64,000 nt of DNA, taken from assembly GCA_021613535.1 (NCBI GenBank), contig CP075493.1, forward strand, positions 17,546,001 through 17,610,000, read 5' to 3'. Source of the stretch: Adineta vaga (taxonomy: Eukaryota > Animalia > Rotifera). Each line of letters opens with the position of its first letter. Within the stretch, counting starts at the first letter, position 1. The position numbers and the translations under genes are program-made. Below are positions 37,811-48,926 of this stretch, in pieces. The notes below the pieces were generated by a model. The model made no database searches and was not told the DNA's origin. It worked only from the letters and a program-made list of their open reading frames with translations.

Positions 37811-39085
37811 ATGTCATCAACTGAAATTATATTAACTCTCGCAACTCGGCAAGTTTTTATCTATTTTGGTTTATCCAGTATGATTTTAGGTGTCATTGGT
37901 AATGTGTTGAATATCATTATTTTTACAACATTAAAAACATTTCGAGAAACAACTTGTGCAATATATTTAATTTCTGTCTCAGTAGCAAATATTCTGTTAT
38001 TATTAGGCATGTGACAACTCAAGCTCAAAAGTTCGTACGAGCTGAATTGAAGAACTGGGTCTCCATTTCGAGCTCAAATGAATTGGAGATGGTGATCAAT
38101 TCATTTTGCTTAAAATGGAAATGTTGAACAATTCCTTTTATTTGAACTGGAAATGTCGATCGGTTCCTTTCTTTTGAATTGGAAAGGGTCCCTTATTCAG
38201 TTCATATGAACCGAAAATGAGTTGTCTGCATGAGGCATTGTACGTATGACAAATACATGTGTTGATTATCGCTACATCAATATGTATGTATATACCAAAA
38301 CTGTGTTTCTATTAACAACTAATTTTTGTTTTACCTTTTCAATGGAGCTTTCTTTATCTAGTATATTATATATATATAACTCTCATTCGATAAAATATAT
38401 TGCCCACGTTATTCTATCCCAGTGTATGTTCATGAAGGAGAGGGTTCTAATTTAATTCAGTATTTAAACAATTCATACATTGACAGAGTCAGAAACATAG
38501 AAAAAAAAAGATAATCGAAAAAAGATATTTGAATCCATCATTTGACGAACTATTTTCCTCTAGCTATAATCTATAATCTATTGTCTCCATTTTACATGGA
38601 ACAATTTGACCACCATCTCGAAATCAAACGAAATGAATTGGTTACCATCTCCAATCCAACGAAAATGAACTGACTGCCAACCTCAGTTCAGATAAAAGCA
38701 ACTAGTCAACATCTCCATTTCAAATAAAAGAAACTGGTCACCAACTCCAGCGCCAGCAAAAAAAAATTATCAAACAACTCCAATTCATTGAGCGGAGATG
38801 GAGTTGTCACATACCTAGTTATTATTAATAGCATTATCTGTCCGTATTCTAAGTGAAGGATTTTCTACAGATATTAGGAGAATATCTTATATTTGCAAAA
38901 TACAAGTTTATATCGCAACATGGTCTCTGTTTGTATCATTAACAAATGTATGTTTAGCAACTATTGATCAATTTCTATCAATGAGTAAATATAAACGATT
39001 CAGTAATGTCAGATTTGCTCAGTATAGTATCATGATTAGTTGGATATTTTGGAGTTTATATAATATTTCTATTTTTTTCTATTGA
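37811..39085 (+). pseudogene. Class A GPCR disrupted by a hAT insertion and truncated after ~TM4
   Basis: GVIGNVLNIIIFTTLKTFRETTCAIYL. Removing 38004-38817 plus one TSD restores the frame: VANILLLLIALSVRILSEG...CKIQVY...CLATIDQFLS. Confidence 0.85.
38004..38817. mobile_element. Non-autonomous hAT transposon (814 bp)
   Basis: 8-bp TSD GTTATTAT (37996-38003 and 38818-38825). 17-bp TIR TAGGCATGTGACAACTC / GAGTTGTCACATACCTA with one mismatch. Subterminal GAATTGGAGATGG-like repeats. Confidence 0.93.
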
Positions 39086-39300
39086 AATCCAATTTTTGGA
39101 AGATGCACAATTATTAATTCATATGATGCAATATAAAGTGGGAATCAAAAGTTTAAGGCACTTTTCGTCATTCAATTTTCTATATCAAGAAGCTTTCGAT
39201 AGTGACATCTATATAACTATTTTGATAGCTTTCACAATAGGACATAAGACTAATATGCTTAGATCATAGAAGAAACAATTTTTATTTATTCAGTAAAAAA

Positions 39301-39488
39301 ATCTTGAGGGTGTGGGTGTGGGTGTGGGTGTGGGTGGGTGTGGGTGTGGGTGTGGGTGTGGTGGGTGTGGGTGTGAATACGGATTCATTCTTCTTCTATC
39401 CACACCACACCCACACCCACCCACACCCACACCCACACCCACACCCACACCCACACCCACACCCACCCACACCCACACCCACACCCTC
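39301..39488. repeat. Telomeric palindrome TP18
   Basis: ATCTTGAGGG(TGTGGG)n, spacer AATACGGATTCATTCTTCTTCTAT, then (CCACAC)n CCCTC. Confidence 0.92.
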
Positions 39489-39817
39489 TAGCAATCGAAA
39501 ACACTGAATCAGCCTCACCTACATCTGCAGCGACATTCGTATACAAATCCACCTTAAAGATATTAGCGTATAGGAGTTATGTATAGAAATGACAACTTAA
39601 TAGATAGAATGACTACGTGATAATTTACCATATTTGATTTTGTGAGCAATTTATGATTATTATATTCTACCAGTAATCACGTCTTATCAAGGTTAACTAA
39701 GAAAATAAGTTGTAACACGATCATGATCATCGTCAGATGATCTTTCAAGGCATTTAGGATGGAAGCACGTGTCATAAATATTTGTTGAGCGATTGAAAGA
39801 ACAGTGTATTAGTACAA

Positions 39818-42800
39818 ATGTCTTTCAATTTGGATGTCATAATTTATCTTGCTCTGCAGACGGTATTGTGGATCTATGCTCGATGTCAATTCAATCTTTA
39901 TGACACCGACAAAATAGATTATCTGCAATTCGACTGCTTGCATTACCACAAAGAGAGCAGTTTTTCAGATTATTCTATCGATTTTGATTCTTTCACACAG
40001 CAGACAATTGAGTACTGTCGTCGACCACTTCATGAGAGTAAGATGCTATCTCACGAGTATACTGGTATACATGTTCATAACTTGACGTTCGGTGAGTTAC
40101 GTGAGATGAATATTACTACTGAAAAACTTGTTACTTGGTCGGTCAATGTTGATGTTGCAGAACGATACCAATACTATCTTGATCGACCGAAAAATTCATC
40201 TATAGCAAATGAAAGATTCCTCAATTGTAGTAAGTTATGGTTTGGATCTCGATGCCAATATTCTTTTGAGTTCATTCAAACATTCTTATTGTATAAAGTC
40301 GTCCAAGTAATGTTTCAATCGAAAATTGCTTATGAAACTCCACATACTGTTACAAATCTGACTTGTTATGTTCATATTGAATGCAATCGTGGTGGTCTAC
40401 CGATGTGTCTTGATTGGCGTGAAGTGTGCAATGGAAGAATCGATTGCATTGATGGAGGCCAGGATGAAGCACAATGTTTCCTGTTGGAAGTGAACGAATG
40501 TGCTAAAAACGAGTTTCGATGTCTCAACGGATTGTGCATTCCGAATGGAATTTCGAATAGTAAGGATGCAGCTACAAATTGTCTGGATCGTTCATCTAAC
40601 GCAATATTAATGTCGATAACTAGTGATTGCTCTGAAGAACCTGGATTCCGATGTGAAGAACATTCTTGCTCACGATCTCGTAATGAACTTTTTTCATGTG
40701 GAGATGGGGAATGCGTGGATGTATTCGATGAATGTCGCAATGGGCGTCACCTTCTATTAATGCAGTCATTGAGTGTTCGAGGCAATTTATCGTATAATTG
40801 CTGGAAGGCTATGATCTGTCTTTCAAGGCTCATAGATGAAGTTGATGGAATTTCATGTGCACAACTTTTCGATTCTTCTGATATTCATAATGGTCTTCAG
40901 ACTTGTGAATTTCTCACCCAGTTTCCAACGATTCCTGTTTTCTTTGGGCATGTTCGTTTCTTCTATTATAAGAATAATACAAATGATTTAAATATCGAAT
41001 CATTTCGTCCACCAGATCTTATTTGTTATGACGAACGTCTATGTAACTTTTTAACTCCAACGTATCGTTTTGAAAATAACACTTGCCGATCAGCACATGA
41101 GATAGGTTTTGAATCTAATTTCACTTATATCAATTTGATTACTGTTATGAATGCAATTAAACCCTTTTTTCGTGGATGTTTAACAACACTTAAAGAAGTA
41201 AGTGATTTTCATCACGTATCACTATATCGTTGTAAGAATTCGTCGAAGTATATTTCCAAGTATCGAATTATTGACGACATCTCAGACTGTTTTATGAATG
41301 ATGATGAAGACCAAGTTGAACTGAGTTGTTCACTAAATGATACACGCCGTTTTAAATGCTTCAATAAGACGGAATGTCGATTATCTTTCAATGGTCGACA
41401 CCACTGTTCCCCCAATGAAAAGCCTAACCCATCACAACTCAATAAGATCTTATTTTTTCAAATATGTGACCGTATTCAAGATTTATCGTTTGAAACAATC
41501 AATGGATATAATTATTCCGATGAAACAGAATGCGACTATTGGCAATGTAATAATATTCACACGCGATGTGATTCCTTATGGAATTGTCCCAATGGAGAAG
41601 ATGAACAAAACTGCACTGATACCATCTGTCCTTCTTACTTTCATCCATGTGTGTCTGCAAGTAATTACACATTTACTTGTTTATCAGCAGATAAAGTTGA
41701 TGATGGAACGATCGATTGCCTTGGAGCATCAGATGAAATTCATAGTTGTCGAATAAAAAAAAATGATTCTGCAGGATTTCAATGCTTAAATGATAATAAA
41801 TGTTTATCATCTCATCAATTGTGTAATAAATTCACAGATTGTCCTTTGGGTGATGATGAAATATTCTGTAGAAATCGCCAGTATGTATGTCTCATTATTC
41901 ATCAATCTAAGCGCACCGTAGAAGAAAAAGTTCTTTGTCCATTTGTTGATACTGAAAAGGAGATTTATTTTCCATTCGAAGCATTACCAACTTATCCATT
42001 ATCTGAAACCAGAAAGGTAAATTATACTACACAGTTACCTGTAGTGTATAATTTAAGGATGGAAAACATCAATGATACACTAGACGATCTTGCATGGGCA
42101 TGGCGTTGCAATCGCGGACTTTATGCACGATTTAGATACAGTTATGACAATTATAGTTATACATGTTTCTGTCCACCAAGTTACTATGGCGATTCTTGTC
42201 AATATCAAAATCAAAGAGTCAGCATCACATTAAAATTAACTGCGATAAATCGACATAATATTTATAGTATAGTTGCGATTTTATTCGACGATGATGATAT
42301 CTATCAAGAGATAGATTCACACTATCAATTTACATACATCACTAATGAGTACTGCTATGACAGCCATAGTTTCTATCTTTTGTATTCTACACGACCGAAA
42401 AATGAATCAAAGAATTATAGTGTTCGTATTGATGCATTTACTAAAACTTCTCTGGCATACATTGAAAGTTGGTACTTCAAAGTTCCTTTTCTTTTCCTAC
42501 CTGTCAATCGCTTAGTACTTCAATTATACGTGTCAACTTATCGAGCTATTAATCTAAAGAATTGCCCGGTGCAATGTAATAATGGAATGTGCACGAAGTA
42601 TACGAATGTCAACAAATATTTTTGTCGGTGTCTACCAGGATGGAAAGGCGCTCGATGTGATATCTCTGTTGACTGTACTAACTGTTCGTCTGATTCAATT
42701 TGTGTTGGTTCGAAAAGTAACAGATCAATATGTATCTGTCCATTAGGAAAGTATGGACCACGATGTTTGTTATCACGTCCATGTCCTCGAAACTTCTGCA

Positions 42801-44458
42801 AGAACAATGGTCAATGTATTACGATCAGTGAAAGTATAAATAGCGATAACTATGTTTGTATATGTTCCGAGCAATTTTATGGGGATGCATGTGAGAACGT
42901 AAAAATGACGCTAAAGGTTTCTATATATAACCTCGAAATACCACCGTATCTAATAGTATACGCCCTCAATATTGATTCTGATTACAATCCAGGTGGAACA
43001 ATAATTCCATACAAGTTGATCATGCATCAGCAGTTTCTTACGTTGTATATTTTTACCGATGTTCAAATTGTTTTCGTGAAGATGGATACATACTATTATC
43101 TCGCATTACTTCAACAATATCCACTATTAAACACTTCGACATCAATCAGTCCTAAACAAAGATGTGCATCGATTTTTGAACTATTTTCATATAAGATTCT
43201 CACATTGCCACCTATTCAACGAGTAAAACACTATCACAGCCCATGTCAAACTCGACCAGATCTAATGTGTTTTTTCGATGACTTTTATATGTGTCTATGT
43301 ACTGTAGAACGACAAGCTGATTGTTTTAAATTCAACCCTAATGTAAGTTTAGCATGTAAGCAGGAATCTTATTGTCAAAATGGAGCAGAATGCATACAAG
43401 ATGATCCCACTTGTCCATCGTTTACTATATGCGTTTGTATCGATTGCTTTTTTGGTGATCAATGTCAATTTTATGCAAAAGGTATTGGCTTAACACTTGA
43501 TGATATTCTACGCTATGAAATTCGACTTAATACATCGTTTATTCACCAACCATTATCGGTGAAAATAAGTGCAATAATGACAATGATAATGTTTAGTGGA
43601 GGTCTGATCAACAGTGTTCTCTCGTTGTTAACTTTTCAGAGTAAACGTACGCGACAAGTGGGCTGTGGCATATATTTATTTGCATCATCACTTATGTCTC
43701 TTCTTACTGTAAGTATATTTACAGTAAAATTCTGGTTCGTCATTTTTACTCAAACGAATGTATTTATCAATCGTAGTATTCTTCGGACAGGATGTGTGTC
43801 CATTGAGACTGCTCTGAAACTTTCCCTTTATGTGGACAGTTGGTTCAATGCATGTATAGCCATCGAACGATCAGTTGCTGCTTTTAAAGGAATCAATTTC
43901 GATAAGAGAAACAGTCGATGTGTTGCTTATTGGATAACTCTTCTTATGCCAATAATCATTTTGAGTAGTATAATTCACGAGCCTTTGCATCGTGATTTAT
44001 ATGAATACAATGAAGAGCAACGCATTTTGTGTGTTACAAGTTATTCTCCGATTGTTCAAAGATACAACATACATATCATATTTTTCCATTTTCTCGGTCC
44101 TTTCTTCATCAATTTGTTTTCTGCTGTTTTCATAATTTTTACAGTAGCTCGTCTCCGAACACTGACTCAAGCACAACAGAGCTATATGAAACAACTTTGT
44201 AAGCAGTTACAAGAACACAAACAGCTATTTATCAGTCCTATAGTGCTAGTAATCCTGTCAATACCTCGTTTGATCATCTCATTATTATCGGATTGTGTTC
44301 GAACATCTCGAAGTCCATGGCTATACCTTTGTGGTTATTTCACCTCATTTATTCCATCGGTGCTTCTTTTTGCTGTATTTGTTCTGCCGTCGAAGATGTA
44401 CAAAACACAATTGAAAGAAACACTGAAGTCATACCGACGATGGCTTCTTCGAAGATAA
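39818..44458 (+). CDS. Single-exon LDL-receptor class A / EGF-repeat ectodomain fused to a rhodopsin-type 7TM GPCR (1546 aa)
   Basis: Signal peptide, LDLa repeats (CLDWREVCNGRIDCIDGGQDE, CDSLWNCPNGEDE), EGF repeats (CFCPPSYYGDSCQ, CRCLPGWKGARC), and a C-terminal 7TM with GLINSVLSLLTF and ACIAIERS. The ORF is intact. Confidence 0.92.
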   Translation: MSFNLDVIIYLALQTVLWIYARCQFNLYDTDKIDYLQFDCLHYHKESSFSDYSIDFDSFTQQTIEYCRRPLHESKMLSHEYTGIHVHNLTFGELREMNITTEKLVTWSVNVDVAERYQYYLDRPKNSSIANERFLNCSKLWFGSRCQYSFEFIQTFLLYKVVQVMFQSKIAYETPHTVTNLTCYVHIECNRGGLPMCLDWREVCNGRIDCIDGGQDEAQCFLLEVNECAKNEFRCLNGLCIPNGISNSKDAATNCLDRSSNAILMSITSDCSEEPGFRCEEHSCSRSRNELFSCGDGECVDVFDECRNGRHLLLMQSLSVRGNLSYNCWKAMICLSRLIDEVDGISCAQLFDSSDIHNGLQTCEFLTQFPTIPVFFGHVRFFYYKNNTNDLNIESFRPPDLICYDERLCNFLTPTYRFENNTCRSAHEIGFESNFTYINLITVMNAIKPFFRGCLTTLKEVSDFHHVSLYRCKNSSKYISKYRIIDDISDCFMNDDEDQVELSCSLNDTRRFKCFNKTECRLSFNGRHHCSPNEKPNPSQLNKILFFQICDRIQDLSFETINGYNYSDETECDYWQCNNIHTRCDSLWNCPNGEDEQNCTDTICPSYFHPCVSASNYTFTCLSADKVDDGTIDCLGASDEIHSCRIKKNDSAGFQCLNDNKCLSSHQLCNKFTDCPLGDDEIFCRNRQYVCLIIHQSKRTVEEKVLCPFVDTEKEIYFPFEALPTYPLSETRKVNYTTQLPVVYNLRMENINDTLDDLAWAWRCNRGLYARFRYSYDNYSYTCFCPPSYYGDSCQYQNQRVSITLKLTAINRHNIYSIVAILFDDDDIYQEIDSHYQFTYITNEYCYDSHSFYLLYSTRPKNESKNYSVRIDAFTKTSLAYIESWYFKVPFLFLPVNRLVLQLYVSTYRAINLKNCPVQCNNGMCTKYTNVNKYFCRCLPGWKGARCDISVDCTNCSSDSICVGSKSNRSICICPLGKYGPRCLLSRPCPRNFCKNNGQCITISESINSDNYVCICSEQFYGDACENVKMTLKVSIYNLEIPPYLIVYALNIDSDYNPGGTIIPYKLIMHQQFLTLYIFTDVQIVFVKMDTYYYLALLQQYPLLNTSTSISPKQRCASIFELFSYKILTLPPIQRVKHYHSPCQTRPDLMCFFDDFYMCLCTVERQADCFKFNPNVSLACKQESYCQNGAECIQDDPTCPSFTICVCIDCFFGDQCQFYAKGIGLTLDDILRYEIRLNTSFIHQPLSVKISAIMTMIMFSGGLINSVLSLLTFQSKRTRQVGCGIYLFASSLMSLLTVSIFTVKFWFVIFTQTNVFINRSILRTGCVSIETALKLSLYVDSWFNACIAIERSVAAFKGINFDKRNSRCVAYWITLLMPIIILSSIIHEPLHRDLYEYNEEQRILCVTSYSPIVQRYNIHIIFFHFLGPFFINLFSAVFIIFTVARLRTLTQAQQSYMKQLCKQLQEHKQLFISPIVLVILSIPRLIISLLSDCVRTSRSPWLYLCGYFTSFIPSVLLFAVFVLPSKMYKTQLKETLKSYRRWLLRR

Positions 44459-44616
44459 CCAAATCCTAGTTTGCAGGATTTTCATAGTAAATCCCATGGT
44501 TGAAAAGTTGTTTTGCTGAACAAGACGATGCAACGAACGACTTTTGTTCCCTCGACTGAAAGGAGGGTCATATGAAAAAAAATAGTTTGTATGTTTGTGT
44601 CAGGGTCAGAGGTCAA

Positions 44617-44910
44617 AGGTCAAAAAAACATTTTTTAAAAAAATGCTCAGAACTTCATAAAACATCATTTGGGAGGGGTCTTGAGTCTTGATGTTGATTG
44701 GGGAGGGGGGGATCGAGGGGGGCTTAACAGAGGTCAAAAAAACATTTTTTTAAAAAATGCTCAGAACTTCATAAAACATCGTTTGGGAGGGGTCTTGAGG
44801 CTTGACATTGATTGGTGAGGGGGGGGGAGTTGGAGGGGGGGCTTGACATAGGTCAAAAAACATTTTTTTAAAAAATGCTCAGAATTTCATAGAAAATCGT
44901 TTGGGAAGGA
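44617..44910 (+). repeat. ~115-120 bp tandem repeat (2.5 copies) near the Helentron 5' end
   Basis: AGGTCAAAAAAACATTTTTTAAAAAAATGCTCAGAACTTCATAAAACATC... recurs at ~44617, ~44731 and ~44850, with G-tracts in each unit. Confidence 0.9.
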
Positions 44911-47900
44911 TTACGGTAGGAACAAATTAAAAACCAATTATCTGTTGTAATTTTGAAACAAATTTCTGTTCTTGGTCAATTTCTACACTTCCTCTAAAGT
45001 AGTAGTCTTCTAGCGCCCTTAAGTAGTCCACAAACAGACACTATTTCTTGGGACGCTGTCATACAAGAAAGAATATATTCTGTACACTATTTTATACTTT
45101 TCTCTATAGAAGCAGCGTCCTAGCGTCCTTAACTAGTTCATATACAAATATGATTTTAGCCATACTTGTATAAGAACGAACAGATTATTCTTGTTCGACA
45201 TCCGTTGTATATGCTCGACTGTGATTGAATTAATCAATTTTTTGAACTTATTCCATTTTGCAACGCCATCTATTGTGGTGAGCAATGGGTTTTTTTCTAA
45301 TGGCTGACATGTTATCCCTATGTTTGACCACATAATGTCTGAGTGAGTCATTGTATAAAAAGGAAAAGAAACGTACACACTAGTATCTCTTTGAAGTGAT
45401 GAAAACAGGATATTAGTAAATGAACATCATAGACGACGAAAAGATGCCGAAAAGGAAACACTTGATGAGTGAAGAGTTAGATATGGTTATTATCATTGAT
45501 CAAAAAGATTGACAGAAAATAGTCTAGACTAAGCAAAAGATGAATTGATATGAATCATTGTCTTCCAGATAAATCATTCTGATGTTGGACTATAAATAGC
45601 GAAGCAGTTCATGTATTCATTCATTCGACGTCTTCGCTCTCTACGATCAACATTAATAGCGTTACTTCCACGGTACAATACACTACAATAGTTCTTCTTA
45701 TTTCTTTTTTTATATATGGTCTATTCCATCAATAGCACAAAATGGAAGTTATGATTTATCATCACTGATTTACCTTAAAGTATTTTAAAAAATATCGACA
45801 AAATTCACATACATGAGACGATCAAATTGTACAATTATATGTAAGGGTATTTACAATCGATCCGTTGTGGAAACCGACCCTTTTTAGGGACTTTGATAAA
45901 TATGAATAGAAATATATGTTTAATCTAATTGAATAATGCTGAGAATAGTATTTTACAATACAAATCGATTTTTTATTGAAAGTTTAGCACCATTGATCAA
46001 TTAATCACATGGTTTGGAAGATAATACTTTTTCCGTATGCAAAACAAATCAATTACTTTTTCTGTCTGTATGCTGAAATATCATCAAACTTTGATGAGAT
46101 GTAATAAAACATAACAAAAACAAATTTTCCGAAAGAAATTTTAAGTAGATCAGCATCTTCAATCGAAATGCAAAGATGTAATTCGGACTTCCATTGTCCA
46201 AAACAATAACGGAATCAATCTGAAACATTTGATAAAACGACTTCCATCTATAATTTAAAAACTGAATGGAAAAAGCATTTGTTCAACATTGATTGATAGT
46301 CAAGTGTATAATAATAACAAGTCAGAGATCATATCATAGTCAATATAAGTTCTTAGAGATTGGTCAATTTAATTATAAGTCAAAAAAACAAAGTATATGA
46401 TGAATTTCATCTTATAAAAGTACTACATAATTGAAAAATTATCAACAAGAAAAAAATTCATCAAGCGAGTATTTCTTCTATATCACGTACTTCGGACATA
46501 AAACACAAAAGAAATAAAGTCAGAATATGCGAGTTCATCCGTAATCGTACTTAAAATAAACAAAATGCCATCATAAATATCTATCGTACATGCATAATCA
46601 TTTTTCAAGACTAGATGAGAAGTAGAATGGAGAATAATCTTTATATTCAAACATAATGATTCATTTCTTTAACATTCGAACTATTGTTTGTCAATCCGAA
46701 CTGAAATCAACCGGCAAGATTTCAAAAAAGTTACTCAAAACATCAGAAATCGAAAATAATTCGTGTTCTAAGATTATAGTTGGTATTATATCAAGTAAAG
46801 CTATCATCTTTTATTAACTTCGATCATTTTATCGATAAATCTTCTTCTTTTCGAAATAATAATTGGTATCTCGATTATATCAAGGTAAGTCATGTTCTTT
46901 TTTGTTTAAATCAATGCGAATATCAGCTTAATCTAACGAATAGAGTAAGATTTATTTCATTGACAGAAATAAAAGACATATCAAGATCAATTTCATGTTT
47001 TCATTTTAAAAAAATGGAAAAAGTCTTTCGAAATGCTTTTTCATTTTGGAATAAATTCATGTGTTAGTTAACTTTTCGAACAGAAGAAGAAATTTCGTCT
47101 TTCTTTGTATTGAATTTTAGTTTTGAGATAAATTTCAACAAAAGCAATATCATTGATTAAGATAATAACTTCAGGAAATGAGCATTCTATATCAGAAATA
47201 ATTTTTCTGAAAATAATGATTATTCTTATTGTGAAACTCAAAGAGAAAAAATTATCAATTCTCTTTTTTATGAAATTCATCAATTACTGATTATTCTTTC
47301 ACTCTTTATTTCTTTATTTCTCATTTTTAACATTTAATGAGAAAAAACATTCATTATTGCAACATAACTATGAGATTCTATCGTTAGTCATTGAGTTAAC
47401 TTATTACCTAGTCATTTTTCATCTTACAGCAACATATATTAAGTTTTTTCTTTATTTTCGTCGTTTCTATCTTATAACGTTAGTTTATTTTTATTGATTC
47501 GAACGATATATTCAATTGTATTTGTTTTAATATGAGATCAATTAAGCAATATCACGAGTTTTAGTATATTTATCAATCATATGTATCATTGTGTATGATA
47601 TCGAATATGATTTTTTTAATGTGATCTCTACTACGATATCATCATGTTAACGTAGAAACTGAAAGATTGGAACATCAAAAAGTTAGTTTATTTTGACAAA
47701 TTAATATAAAGTAATGAATAACGATCTTTTGCTTATCTCCTTTCATATTCAAAACATATTAACAAATAAAAAATTAAGCGTTTCCATTCTTTTTCGTTCC
47801 TCGTACATTTATTGACATCTATCGTTCATTCTTTTGACATGCTACTTGAATTTCATTTTGAGAAATAGGATATATAGAATATTTTAGCGGATAAAAATTC

Positions 47901-48926
47901 AGAGTTAATAAAAAAGTTGAACGTGTGTTCATTATGTTTCTTTTTCAAAACTGCGTTTGTTTATATCTTAAGATTTCGATCTCATATTTAAATCGAATTT
48001 TTTCAATATATGTTTCACTATTTATTTTCATAGATCGATCATTTGTCTTAATTTAAATATACGAAACGAACATAGATATAGCTGTATTGACCAATTTTTA
48101 TGATAAAAAAATCTTTCTCGAAGAAAATGATCAAATATCATATTTTTTCTTTTATTTTATTATTTCTATTTTGTTATCAATATCAAAAAACGACAAGAGT
48201 TATTCAAAAAAATGAAAAATTCAACTGAGACATCTCATAGAAATAGATAGATAAGATAATATATGATTAATGATCATTACGTAATTCCTTGAATCCATTC
48301 ATATTTTCATTTGACCATATCCCATAATAAATCACGTAGGTACTCTATTAATAATCAGTTGTATTTGAAAAGATAAATCTATGACTTATCATTTAAACTC
48401 ATGGATTATATAAGATTCTGACATTTTTATTGTTATAAAAAATTGGAATGATCATTTTTTTCCAAAAATTTAGAATTTTATTGTTCATATATATAGTTAA
48501 GAGTAATGATCATTCTGTTGTTATTCTTCTTCTTCTTCCACATTGGATGACATGCTGTTTTTCCATGAGATTGAAAAAGAAAGAACCTCTCGTTAATATG
48601 GAAAAACACAAATAGAAATAAAAATTTGTACATGCTACCTTCTATGATCTTCACTATAAGATAGAATATCACTTTGACAAACTTCTACATTCATATTACA
48701 TTAAAAGTAACGAAAATACACGGAGAAAACAAATGCTCAAATGAAAATCCAGTGGATAGATGATACTGTTTTTTATTGTATTTATTGATTTAATAGTATA
48801 CCAAATTTCTTCAACAAAACCATATGCATATTTTAATCTTTAAAAATATTTTTTAAATCCAAATATTGGGGTGGCTGATTTTGTTGCAAAATGGTATATT
48901 TTTAGATTATCATACAAATACGAAAT

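Noticed and set aside
36222-39507. ORFs encoding (WV)n, (GV)n or (HP)n tracts, e.g. 36222-36596, 39290-39484 and 39304-39507; also 17558-17761, 58749-58946 and 59078-59386
   Set aside because: They are translations of the TGTGGG/CCCACA repeats, which lack stop codons; there is no independent coding evidence.
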